Origin: Octopus bimaculoides
Taxonomy: Eukaryota
DNA: 64,000 nucleotides
Assembly: GCF_001194135.2 (NCBI RefSeq)
Contig: NC_068983.1
Span: 138,756,361-138,820,360, forward strand
Reading direction: 5' to 3'
Shown: positions 12,843-24,883 of the stretch, piece by piece
Layout of the letters: each line of letters opens with the position of its first letter
Numbering within the stretch: position 1 is the first letter of the stretch
Program-made: the position numbers and the translations under genes
Notes under the pieces: model-generated
Told to the model about the DNA's origin: nothing
What the model saw: only the letters and a program-made list of their open reading frames with translations
The model's database searches: none

Positions 12843-13539
12843 AATCAAAATAAGCAACAGGATATCAAGTAGTGATGTACAACCGTTTCAAGCGGCTCCA
12901 TTTAATTGAACAATGCAATCATTACGTCAATTTCAATGCTGTGTCATCTTCAGCTGTACAAATAAATGGAATTTTAACCAGTAGCACATATTAATGTAAT
13001 TTTTCTCAAATATTTAAACAAAGCAAGTAGATGGAAGAAATTAATGTTGTGGCTATTGTAGCTAAGAATATAGTACACTTCCAAGAATCGCATGACGCCT
13101 ATCGGGTTCATAGTGTTCTAAGGAATTGTAAATTTTTTCTAATTCATTCGTCTTTTTATCAACTACTATCTGTAAGACTAGAAGACTGTCTATTTTGAAT
13201 AAAGGACAAGAGTGAATTGACAGTTTATGGCTAGGTATGGTCATAAATATTATCATATGTATCCCTATTCTTTGGGATGAAAGAAAACGTTAGGAGTAGT
13301 CAATTGGATATAACTGTATATAAAAACGGGCTGGGTAGGGGAAGACTTTAAATCATGATGTTAATTACCGGTTTAAAGGAACAGGACGCTAAGACACCTA
13401 AGATATTAATACAGAGGGAATGTTATTTTGGATGGCACTGCATTTAAATTGAGGTAATGATTGAATTTTTCAATTAAACGGAGCCGCTTGAATCAGTCGT
13501 ACAGCATTACTTCTTGATATCCTGTTGCTTATTTTGATT
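12843..13539 (-). mobile_element. Element with about 107-bp imperfect inverted repeats; probable Penelope-like fragment with inverted pseudo-LTR (alternative: MITE)
   Basis: 12843-12948 is the inverted complement of 13431-13539. The interior minus strand gives NELEKIY.SL[fs]TMNPIGV, resembling the PLE GIY-YIG terminus (E..WI..L.T..P.GLN). The left arm carries CTGAAGA...GAAAC-GGTT-GTA on the minus strand. Confidence 0.7.
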
Positions 13540-13559
13540 TTATTCCCCTTACTTCGAGC

Positions 13560-14127
13560 TGTGCGGATAATACCAAGCTGACTTGGTACCTCAACTTAAG
13601 TACCTAATGTAGTACCGGGCAGTGGCGCACATGTCTTTTGATCTTAACTTATTGGAGGTGTACATAGTTTTGCCTTTGTGTAAAAGATAGACTACAGCAA
13701 ATACCCTGCTCAATATCACCGATTTGCTTGTCAATTGCATGACCATCGCCAGTTGAGCATGTCCCTTAGTGGCTGACGATATGCACATCTCTGATCACGA
13801 GCGGAAGTAGTGGGGGAGCATCATAGCCATGTGATGATAGGAAGTTTTGGGGAATTGAATAATCCACCCTTGAAAACATAAGTATTTTCTTCATTATCCT
13901 TAAACAACACTTATTCAAGTACCATTTTCGCGGGCTCCTGAACCTGCAGAAAATTCCAACTAGGTGCCCACCTGCAAGGTCATGTGCTGTTTATCTTGAT
14001 ATAAGATCAGTATGTCGCGCTCATATGATTGTGATGCATGTGCCTGGTGTACCCTTATCAGAGGGGTAGTCATGATGGGTATATTGGGCTTTGTATATTT
14101 TACCCTAGTGTCACTGCTCTCTCACTC
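13560..14127 (+). mobile_element. Probable 3' UTR-like end of a non-LTR retroelement terminating in (AAT)n
   Basis: GC-richer block with no recognisable coding motif, ending abruptly at ctctctcactc and followed by a pure (AAT)n tail like the Dong-type fragments. Family assignment is inference. Confidence 0.45.

Positions 14128-14193
<66 letters not shown>
14128..14193. repeat. (AAT)n microsatellite
   Basis: Direct reading. Confidence 0.97.
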
Positions 14194-14194
<1 letters not shown>

Positions 14195-14994
14195 CCCATG
14201 GCTGATCTCTTCACCATCTGCCGAATCTATTTACAGACCTATGGAATTTTATATCTTCACCAAGATGTTTCCTTTGCTCCTACTCTTCCCTTAAACACTC
14301 ACATATTTTGATTATCTTAAGTACAAGACAAACGTTGAAACTAAACAACAATTAATAATACTTATTAATAATAAATGGAAGAAACAGTAATGATGGTAAT
14401 GATGGTGATAGTGGTGATAATTGTGATAATAATAATTTAGCAAAAACTCATATCGGATCAGAGGAAATATTAACAATGACAAATAGTAAAAAAATGAAAA
14501 TAGAATAGTAATATTAATGATAATAATAACAATGAAGCTAGGGAAATAAGGAAAAATCCTTTGTTCGCAGAGGTACCGCTAAAAGTTATCAAAAGACAAG
14601 TATTGGAAAATAGTAGCAGAAGAAAGTATGAAAATCCAGTTCTTACTGATAAATGTAATCACATAGCAGAAAAGAGAGGTGAAATCTCTAATAAACCACA
14701 GGAAAGGAACAATGACAGCTTGCTCGATGAGAGACATATAGATGTTTTATGCATATTTCAGATATGACAATTCTTTTCTGTTTTGTAGAATATACATTAC
14801 AGAGATATATTACATATATAGTTAGCTGAATATCTCAAGCAAGTGGTATAGGATTATGTAGTAGAGTGTACTACTGATCTCTTTAAGCCTAAAGGACTTG
14901 AAATCCCGAAATTATACACATTACTGTAGAGCCAGTGGGGTGGTGCAGTATACACAATGCAAATAACTCCTCTGATAATCCGGAGTTCCATCCA

Positions 14995-15165
14995 CTCAAC
15001 CAACCGTGGTCTCAAATATAGGTTTTGTCACAAACTAAATAATTGTTATTCTTTTTCCAACTGACACCTCAGCTTTATATCACGTTTACTGAAGCTTTAA
15101 CAATCTCCAAGAATTTCTTATTTTAGAAACAATTTCAGAAACTCTTCGCATAATTCCAATGATTA
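14995..15165 (+). mobile_element. Highly decayed Penelope-like linker fragment
   Basis: NQPWS/VVSNIGF....I.LFP....LY....NN....F....N....SHN parallels the PLE linker (NPPYS..V.TNIG..F...FP......FN.N..K.SYS..N...I..HN) also seen at 3535-3665. Confidence 0.45.
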
Positions 15166-15872
15166 ATAACGCGATCGGTGTCAAATCCGCCGAATATAAA
15201 ATATATTTCAACACCTGTTTAGTTGTATGTTTTTAAAAATTTCTTTCTTCATTACTTCCATTTATTCGTAAGAGGAACAATGATGACACCACATCTGCAA
15301 CAATGTAACTAATATCAGTGAAAGATAGAAAAATGATGCACGATCGAAATAGAAATATGTATATGTGATACAATGAAAATAACAGAAGAAAATATCAAGA
15401 GCAAACAGCATCTACTTATAATATCACCCAGTAAATACAATCTGATCTAAGACATCCACTTTCCCTCTAACATACAGATGTATGTATATACTTTGTGCGT
15501 GCGTGCGCGTGTATACATTCCTACATACATAAGAATGTGTATTTAAACACACACACACACACACATATGTATGTTTATATGTTTGTATGTATGTATGTAT
15601 GTATGTATGTATGTATGTCCGTGTGTATGTCTGTACATAAAGGTGATAGAAAACGGATGGAAGAGAGTCACACACATAACCACGCACGCATTGTGTGTGT
15701 ATCTCTATGCGCAAGTGAGTGTGCATGAGCACGAAGAGGAATACTGAGAGAAGAAAGGTAATGAACGAAACACTAGAGAAGGGACAATTATTAATATCCA
15801 CATATTTAGATACAGTTGAGTAACGTAAGGCATCATTTGGCGCACACACTTTTGCGTTTGCGAGCACGCGAG

Positions 15873-15906
<34 letters not shown>

Positions 15907-16110
15907 NNNNNNNNNNNNNNNNNNNNNNNNNNNNNNNNNNNNNNNNNNNNNNNNNNNNNNNNNNNNNNNNNNNNNNNNNNNNNNNNNNNNNNNNNNNNNN
16001 NNNNNNNNNNNNNNNNNNNNNNNNNNNNNNNNNNNNNNNNNNNNNNNNNNNNNNNNNNNNNNNNNNNNNNNNNNNNNNNNNNNNNNNNNNNNNNNNNNNN
16101 NNNNNNNNNN

Positions 16111-16177
<67 letters not shown>

Positions 16178-16880
16178 GCGTGTATACAAATATAGAGATG
16201 TATACACCTACCCAAGCACACACGCACAGTCACATGTATACGTATATATACGTACATACGTAAATGTATGCATAAGCGGCTATGTTGTAATGGAAACTTT
16301 TTCAAATTTATTGCCTACTACAGTCAATCCCTGAACTACGGGATACAGAAGGAAGCGTGGTATATTTTCATGACCTTTATTAAAGCATAAAACGATAAAA
16401 TGTTCCAATCACGAATAGGAGGATATCAAAGGACCGGAAAAGACAAATATTGGGGTAGGTTCATAATGGGAAAGTGATGAGTTAAATGGGAATGAAGATA
16501 TATGAAATTGAGAAGCGGAATACAGTGAAATATACCATTGATTATACTCAGGGGTACATATCAATATCTACATATACAACTCATACTCATATGTACATGT
16601 ACACATGCACACCCATATATACGTGTATCTGTATGTATTATCGCCCCTGTACACGCAGGCATAAATACCTTGCATACATACATACATTCACACATACACA
16701 CATATATACATACACGCATACACACACATATACATATGCACGCACATATGCATACACGCACATATGCATGCACGCATATACACACGAATATAATTAGATG
16801 GTTATGATATTCGAGTATGAGTGAGGAATTAGATAGAGATTAAGAGTTAAAATGTAGATTTTAAAGTTTATTGGGATTAC

Positions 16881-17360
16881 CTAAGAGGTATTGTGGAAAT
16901 ATACTATATGGTCGTTGAGGCATTTGGATGTGTGCCAGAATTTGAATGTGTGAAAAAAGCGGTGGTTGCATCTCCTTAGTGCCTCATTATGTTTATTTAG
17001 CAGTGCTGGAGAGTTGTGCTTTAACATGTGAAGTGCCTCCTCCAGACAAAGTTTGCTGGTTGAGCTTTGCCCTCGGTAGGGAAGCCCTGAGTCCAGTATG
17101 TACCATGATCGAGTATAGGATATATTTATATTTTTGAGATGATGTATGTGGTTGGCGAGCATTGTAGATTTACTATGTTTATCGTATCTAAAAGAATGGA
17201 GGTGAGTGGGATATCCTTGCTTAAAATATTTGGCTGATCCTATGTATATGGCTGTAGAGTTGTGTAATAGTTTAAGGACAGTGCATTTGTAAATTACATT
17301 ATATCTCCTGCAATGGGTTTGTAACGGGCAGGTGGTTTCAGGACGGGAATTACAATTAGG
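16881..17360 (-). mobile_element. Penelope-like element GIY-YIG endonuclease domain (stop-free 160 codons, 5'-truncated)
   Basis: One open frame: PNCNSRPETTCPLQTHCRRYNVIYKCTV..STAIYIGSAKYFKQGYPTHLHSF..STMLANHIHHLK..SWYILDSGLPY..SKLCLEEALHML..LLNKHNEALRRCNH. These are the PLE motifs CNCR/CPL, VIY-YIG, FK.RY..H..SF, C.LCL.E and LNK.SE...CRH. Confidence 0.88.
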
Positions 17361-19150
17361 TTAATTTTGGGGACTGTGTTCAGGAATAGAGGAGGTAATA
17401 TCGTCAGAGGTGAGCTTAGAGACGGGGAGAAAAATTCTATATTATTAGTATTATTAACGTTATCATTATCATCATTGCTATAATTATTATTGCTGTAATT
17501 AATTGTACTATTTGTAAGGGTGGTAGAGATTGTGGTGGTGTTCCGGGTAGTGTCAGTAGAATAGATACGATAAACATAGTAAAACAGATGTTGTTTTAAG
17601 ATAACATTAACAAGCGAATTGTTTTTTCCTAGATGATATAAACGTTTGACATATTGTTAGGTACAAAAATATTAGTATCTACTCGTAAAAGACAGGCAGA
17701 CAAAAATTAAAGTGTATGGTTTTAATCTAAATGAAGTTAACAGATTACTAATGGGAAGTCAAAAAACATTTTTTGCAAATATATAACATTAAAATAGAAT
17801 TTGTCAGTATAAATAAAGAATAGTAATAATTTTTTAAATAGTTTAAAAAGGAAAAAGAAGTATTTCAAGCAGTTCACCAAATGTTTTAGAAGACAGCGGT
17901 ATCAGAAGTAAATTTACACAGACGCATATATTAGATTGGAAAGATAATGGATAAAGCAACAGTTTTAGAGAAAGTAATTCTGTTTCTGTCGTCAAGACAA
18001 AAATAAAAGAGTTTAGTTTTCAAAATTTCCTAGAGTAAAGAATTTATGGAGAGAATTATGGAAAATCTGGGAGGGGGAAAGGGAGAGAAATAGATAGAGA
18101 GAATGTCTTCGTACGAATATGAAATTCAGGAGAGTGCAAAATGATAACCAACATAGCTATGTTATTATATTCCTACAAGGTGATGTATTTGTATCTCCAA
18201 ATACACAGCAGTTCGAAGAAGCCTTTCACAAAATATAAAGAAAAATTTCCTTCACTGACAACGTAAAGCTTACCAAGCATATGTTCACGACCGAAGTGTC
18301 AGTTGCAAGACTAGTATTTAAATATATCTCTGCCTACATATCTATGGCTCGGTTTTGGCAATAAATATAATGACGCTTGATGTCACTATGAATCGAAGTA
18401 TCAGCAGATGCATAGTGCAAGGGTAACGAGAGACAGCATACGTCTCGGAGAGACAAAGAGCCCAGTCCTGAAGGAATTAATGTGCAAGACGTGTGTCGAT
18501 AGTGAATGAAGTGCTACAATATTTTGAGTACCAGAAACCTTTAAGCTTCAATATAGTTGGATAGTAAGTTAGCGAATCGTCTTTCTGCTTTCAAAAAGTA
18601 TACGTATGTTGTAAGACGTTATTTTCTATCGGTTTTCAGTAAGCTCAAAATAAAATTAGTTTCCCTTTATTCTCTCGTGAAACCTTATCTCAATAACCTA
18701 CTACATTAGAAAGACACGTATCGCTGAGCGGGCAAAGAGTAAGGTTGAAGCAATCGCATCACCTAATACAATATTGTGTACAATGTAGATCTAGTACAGC
18801 TGCAATCCGGCACATCAAGAAGAAGTCGATGTTATAGTATAGTATTCCCTTGGGAATTTAACGACACAGGCATGAAATTATCGTATCAGTGTAGGGCTAG
18901 AAATGTAATAACACGTCTTCTTGTGTTTCAGGTATTTCTCCGTCCGCTTACTTGGGAGGGTTTCCTGTTTTCTGTATTATATTAATACTATAATGAGGCT
19001 CATTTTCGGAACCATGGTTTATCCTCATATTTGACATCCCGCGTCATAGTTCATTGGATATAGGAGTGGGACGTAGGATAATCTACCGAGCCTGAAGTTT
19101 GATTACTAGTGTTGCTGTACAACAAATATCGTCTCTACTATACACGCGCC

Positions 19151-19259
<109 letters not shown>

Positions 19260-19387
19260 TGTGCGTGCGTACATGTGCGTGTGTGTGTGTGTGTGTGTAT
19301 TTATTGAACAGTGAATAGATTGAAGATCAGATTTGAAATTCAGATATTCACTGAACTAGTAAAACATAAATATATAGTGGTTGTACA

Positions 19388-19508
19388 TTTTGGCACAAGG
19401 GCAACAATTTTGGGAAGAGAATAATGTTGATTATATCGACCCTGGGAAATTTTAATCAGAATTTGAGCTCAGAATGTAAGGACGAGCAAAATGCCGATAA
19501 GCGGCATT
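19388..19508 (-). mobile_element. SINE family B, internally deleted copy
   Basis: ggcacaagg...ttttggg...gattatatcgaccc...gaatttgagctcagaatgtaag...aaatgccgataagc aligns to 34273-34485. Confidence 0.65.
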
Positions 19509-21835
19509 ATGTGTGGACATAAACACACTCATACAGACACACAAACACACATAGACATATTAAATACATAAAATTATTTGTTGTAGGACAGGGAGAGTTA
19601 AAATGTTTCGATTATTCATCAATTTCAACTCATAAACATAATATTGTTAAGTGACATATAGCACCACCTTAGAGTAGAGTCTATTGTGATAAAGTTTTTG
19701 CTTTTAAAATTATGGGAAATAATTAATTAAATATCTATAATAAATAATCTTTTAAGCGAATGTTAATTCACCTTACCAAACTTTATTTTCGTTTCTTTTC
19801 ACCGTGATATTTTATTTTCCCTAAAGCAAAAGATCAAATCAATTTAAATATTCTTAGCATTGTTGAACTTCAGAATGAAATAAAAACTAAGGAAAGCTTT
19901 ATCAAAAATACCAATCTGAAATACTCTTATAGAGACATCAATTTGTATCGCTCAAATATTTATTTAGAGTGTTAAAAAGAAAATAAATGTAAACATACAG
20001 AAATGAAATGACTAAAAATTTCATATTATATCTCTTTTGAAGATCCAAAACGTTTGTAAATGGAATATGCTACACTTTAGACAAATTATTCGAATGAAAT
20101 ATTTCTAGCGCTAAATTAATAGCTACCTGCGTGAGTTTTATCTGTCATCAGTTCATTACTGCTGGCACATATTCTATATATTTATGATTTTTTAAAATTT
20201 GTGGAATACAGAGTACGCGTTCAAAACGCAGACCTAAATGGTTACAGGCGCAACTTTTTACATCCTTCAATTTTTTAATCTAAAGATAACAGATATACTT
20301 TCTGAAAAGAAGAAAAAAATGTTTATGCTCTATAGAATATCATTTGATCTGGAAGAAACATGTATGATGCGCTGGGATATTTAAACTTGATAATCGTAAA
20401 GTCGCTTCTTCGATCTAACTAAATTCAGAGACTTGCTCAATTCATTTGCAATCCTTTTTGTAGATACGCTAACATGGGGTATAAAATGTAATGTAACGGA
20501 ATCAATTGCTCGTAAACACTTTGCAGATTTAATCTTCAAATACTTTGAATCATATAATGTACGGAAGAATATTCGAGCTATTGGAAATAAGCCGAAGTTA
20601 TATAGTAGTCAATCTTACAAATGGAAATATTGATAACATTCTCTTTGATTTTATTTACCCGTTTTTTTTCTATTAATTTATTTACTTATTTACTTATTTA
20701 TTTTCTACTTTCGAAAACGAACTGCTGAGGAACGATTGACAAAACTACTCTGATTTGCATTTGATGTAAAATTGTTCAGGCAACGTTATCATTATTAAAT
20801 TCAAAACAAACTGGAACGATTTTCATTTACGTGATATATAGATTTGTAACCAGAAATAATCTGGGGTAAATACGTAAAGTTTCCAAGCAAAGATTATTAC
20901 AATATTTCGATATTGAACAAGAAAAAAAAATGATTATCTAAGTAACATCTTTCTACTGATATAATGTAAAAGTATCTTACTTCTATGATCTCTGCAAATA
21001 AATTATCAATATATCGACTAATATCAAACGAACACTTACATATAAATAAAATAATTTACATAGTTATATATAGAGGTACGCACATACTGTAATATATATA
21101 TGGTACACAAACATACACAGACACATAAATATATATATAGACATACATGCGTGCATTATTTCAGTAACAAATTTGTCTGTACGAAGAGGTGACTACATTC
21201 TATAACTCACATACACATAAATATATACTATATAAACATACTGATGTTTCTACATACGTGACTGCACCATGTACACTCGTAAATCTACAAAGGGAAATGT
21301 GTGTATACATACACGCTCGTATTCTCTCTGTGTTTCTACTCTCTCTCTCATACACACATTGCATACATACATGCACACGCATATAGAAGGACCAGTTTTT
21401 CCTGCAATCATGGAAGACAGGACTATTAATATTTAATAATGTTCCTTCATAATTTTCGACCTTCAAACCACGATCGAGTCAATAGCATTCTTCAGTGCGA
21501 TAACATCTTAAGAGTTTCTCAATCTGAAATTCCGATAGATAAACTTATCCCAATGGCGCGTTTTTAGTAATCAACGAGAGATCGTGAGAAGGATGTAACA
21601 GCTAAAATCGTCATTGTCGGTTTTAAAATTGATAACCATTTTGATCGAAGTTATTTAGCGTTTTATTTCACGTGTTCAGAATTTGAGTTGATCGATAATC
21701 TTCTTTCACGTGTCATTCAGTTACTCAAGTTTTGATTCATAGTCTGTATTATAGTATGACAATTATTAATTATTATGCTTTAAAACTTTTATGAAAATAA
21801 AGGTTATAATACAAAGAATATTTTAACATAATGTA

Positions 21836-22707
21836 CGAAGTCTGATCAATAAATATCACGACTGTTACCATAGTAACGACACTAAAGCACGCAGAGGAAA
21901 GCCACTCGGCACAGATTCTTCTGAAGCTCTACTGTGCATTTGCACTAAGTTTTAACGTTCAAATTCACATCTGCTGTTTACAGCAGTGCTAGGACGAGAA
22001 GTGTGTAGCGAGTGATCGTCACATTGACCTTGACTGAGAAATTTCACATGGCGATACCTACTCAGAGGCCAAGGCAATGTTGCAGAAAATGTGTGGAGAG
22101 GAGTGTATGAGCTGGACTGAAGTGTACGAGTGGTTCAGACGTTTCCAAGATGACCGAAAAATGTCGATATTGACAAACTTTGCGGGAGAACTGTAACCAG
22201 CAGAACTGAGAAAAACATCGCAGATGTGCGTGCAGCAGCGAGGGGAAATCGTCGAATCACCACAGAAAATGTGCAGATTATTTACGGTTCAGTTTAGTGT
22301 ATTATCACTGAAGATTTGGGTATCAGACGCGTGTCTGCCAAGTTTGTGTCACAAATTGCTTTCAGCTGACCAAAAAGACGCTCGGGTTTCAGTTGCACAA
22401 TATCTCCTTGATTGTATCGAGAAAAATGAAAACTTTTTGAAAACATTGCGTAGGCCTCTGAGTAAGTATTTTGGCCAAATTTGATGCATATTCTCTGCTC
22501 AACTTTCTGTCATGGTCAATGCGACGGTCACACGCTACGCACGTTCTTTCGAAGCACTGCTGTAAACAGCAGAAATGAGCTAGAATGTTAAAACTTAGTG
22601 CGCATACACAGCAAAGATTATCGTCAAACAGTGCCTAGCGGCTTCATTCTTCCTGCTTTAGTGTCGTCACTATAGCAACAGTCTGGATACTTATTGTTGA
22701 CACCACG
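21836..22707 (+). mobile_element. Non-autonomous mariner derivative made of two inverted 5' ends (fold-back), flanked by TA
   Basis: 21836-about 22090 is the inverted complement of about 22433-22707; TA at 21834-35 and 22708-09. The interior encodes the mariner N-terminus (EAKAMLQK..EECMS.TEVYEWFRRF..RRITT..IITEDLGIRRVSAKFV..KLLSADQK..NFLKTL). There is no DDD domain. Confidence 0.88.
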
Positions 22708-24218
22708 TATATGCAAATTTTAACTAAGTTTAAGAAAGTTAATGGAAATTTTTTTTTAAATCCTGAAAAAATTGATTTTTCTAATCCGCAACGATGTTAC
22801 GGAATTATAAACAAGGCACGTTTGAGTTTGATTCAGCATTTTGTTGAGTCAAGCACTAAACTTGCTTGAGCAATGATACTGCACTGGCTCCTTGTTGTAA
22901 ACATTTGGTCAGTCGAAATTTTGTTGAACTTTGCATCCCATGAAAGAGCTTGAGATATGAAGTTTACAACTTTTATATTTTTTACACTGGAATTTTGACT
23001 TTTCCATTGATTTTTTAAAGTGTGTCCTGTCGCTTGCGTGCTTAGATTTCAAACGGAGAAGGTAGATTATATTTTTCGTCATATCGTAATATATTCTGGC
23101 AGTTTACGGTTAAGTGTGTATATGTTGTGTTCTGTTTTATGGTATTATTAATGGCGTATACATCAGTTCTTTAACTAGCGTGTTCATTAGTGGTACGCTA
23201 TATGTATGGTTTATGTATTGTTACTGAGTCTTATATCTGTTGTATTTGTGACTGACTTTGACGCTGTATTATTCTACAAGATAACATGATTACGTATGCA
23301 ACACTAATTGCTTGGTTAGATCTTATATCTTATTTACATAGAATTTACGTAGAGTTTCTTTAATAGATGAAAATTGAAAGGCTTCACTTGAAAGTTATTT
23401 GTTTACGTACATTTAATGTCTATAGAGACCTTTAATATACAACAGTGTGTATACGGGTTTGTTTATATACCCCTATAAAGAGCTTCTGTTTGAATTGTAC
23501 TTAACTTTGTTTCTTTTATACCCATAATGAAGGCTGATATAGTCAGAATTAATGCTACAAATTTACGTTAAATATAAATACAGAATTTACAACGACCTTC
23601 ACGGCTGCAATTACCATAGTGTCAACATATACAATCTCAATTCAGTCAAATGCATTTCGTCGCAATGTGTATTCGGTGTATTCTCGTCAGATGGTATAGC
23701 TAAATTCATTCAATAGTCATAGATTATGATTAAGATACTACTTACTTTGCTACATTGCACTACTTACCCGGGAAAAATACAGTATTTCATTCTATAATTA
23801 AACGAATTTCTCGTAGATGCAATGTCGATACCATGAGATTGAGAAATATAAAATCTCAATGTAAAAGGAAAATAAACGAATTAAAAAGATCTGAAACTAG
23901 TTCATGTGGGTTGTAATTACAAAAATTAAATTTGAAAATTTTTATGTGAATCTTATTATTTATGTTAATTTATGTTAATGAACATATCAAAATTTAGTAT
24001 CTTTCATTCAAATGTTTAAAATTTCGTCCGTCTGTACAGAAACACGCTTGCAATGTTCTGCGTACGGATGACCAATATTCGAAACAATTTACGTGTAATT
24101 CCTGAATGTTCATGAGACTGGTTATTCGCCCTTATTCTTGTGATAGTTTCACGCTATGGCAATACTGTTTGACTGATATTCAACTATTCAACTGAAACCA
24201 TTTATGTATATATGATCG

Positions 24219-24683
24219 CTGAGTGGATTTGGTAGACGGAAACGGAAAAAAGCCCGTCGTATATATATATATATATNNNNNNNNNNNNNNNNNNNNNNNN
24301 NNNNNNNNNNNNNNNNNNNNNNNNNNNNNNNNNNNNNNNNNNNNNNNNNNNNNNNNNNNNNNNNNNNNNNNNNNNNNNNNNNNNNNNNNNNNNNNNNNNN
24401 NNNNNNNNNNNNNNNNNNNNNNNNNNNNNNNNNNNNNGTGTGTGTGTGTGTGTGTGTGCGTATGTGTATATGTTTGTGTCTCTGAGTTTGCCCCACCCTC
24501 CAACATCGCTTGATAACCGACGCTGGTGTGTTTACGTGCCCGTAACCTAACGGTTCAGCAAAAGAGACCGATAGAGTAAGCACTAGGCTTACAAAGAATA
24601 AGTCCTGGGGTTGATTCGCTCGACTAAAAGGCGGTGCCCGAGCATGACCACAGTCAAATGACTGAAATAAGTAAAAGAGTAAA
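24219..24683 (+). mobile_element. SINE family A, head-less copy; central microsatellite collapsed into a gap
   Basis: gagtggatttggtagacggaaac...gcccgtcgta(TA)n N (GT)n...gcggtgcccgagcatgaccacagtcaaatgactgaaataagtaaaagagtaaa is the reverse complement of the other family A copies. Confidence 0.92.
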
Positions 24684-24883
24684 TATCGGTTCGCTGAATA
24701 TTCCCTTCTGGTTGGCGTTTGGAGTCCAGAATAAAGGATGTCATATAATGAACGTTTACTCTCACACTTCATAGAAGCATAGCGGTCAAGCTTCTATTAG
24801 TTAGAATACTTCTGTACTATCTTATCACTTGACGTTTAACTGAATTTGTTAAAGAGAAGTAAAAATGCCAACTTGTCAATGTA

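Noticed and set aside
20433-20633. 66-aa ORF with a hydrophobic start
   Set aside because: No ATG or homology; open frames this long are expected by chance many times in 64 kb.
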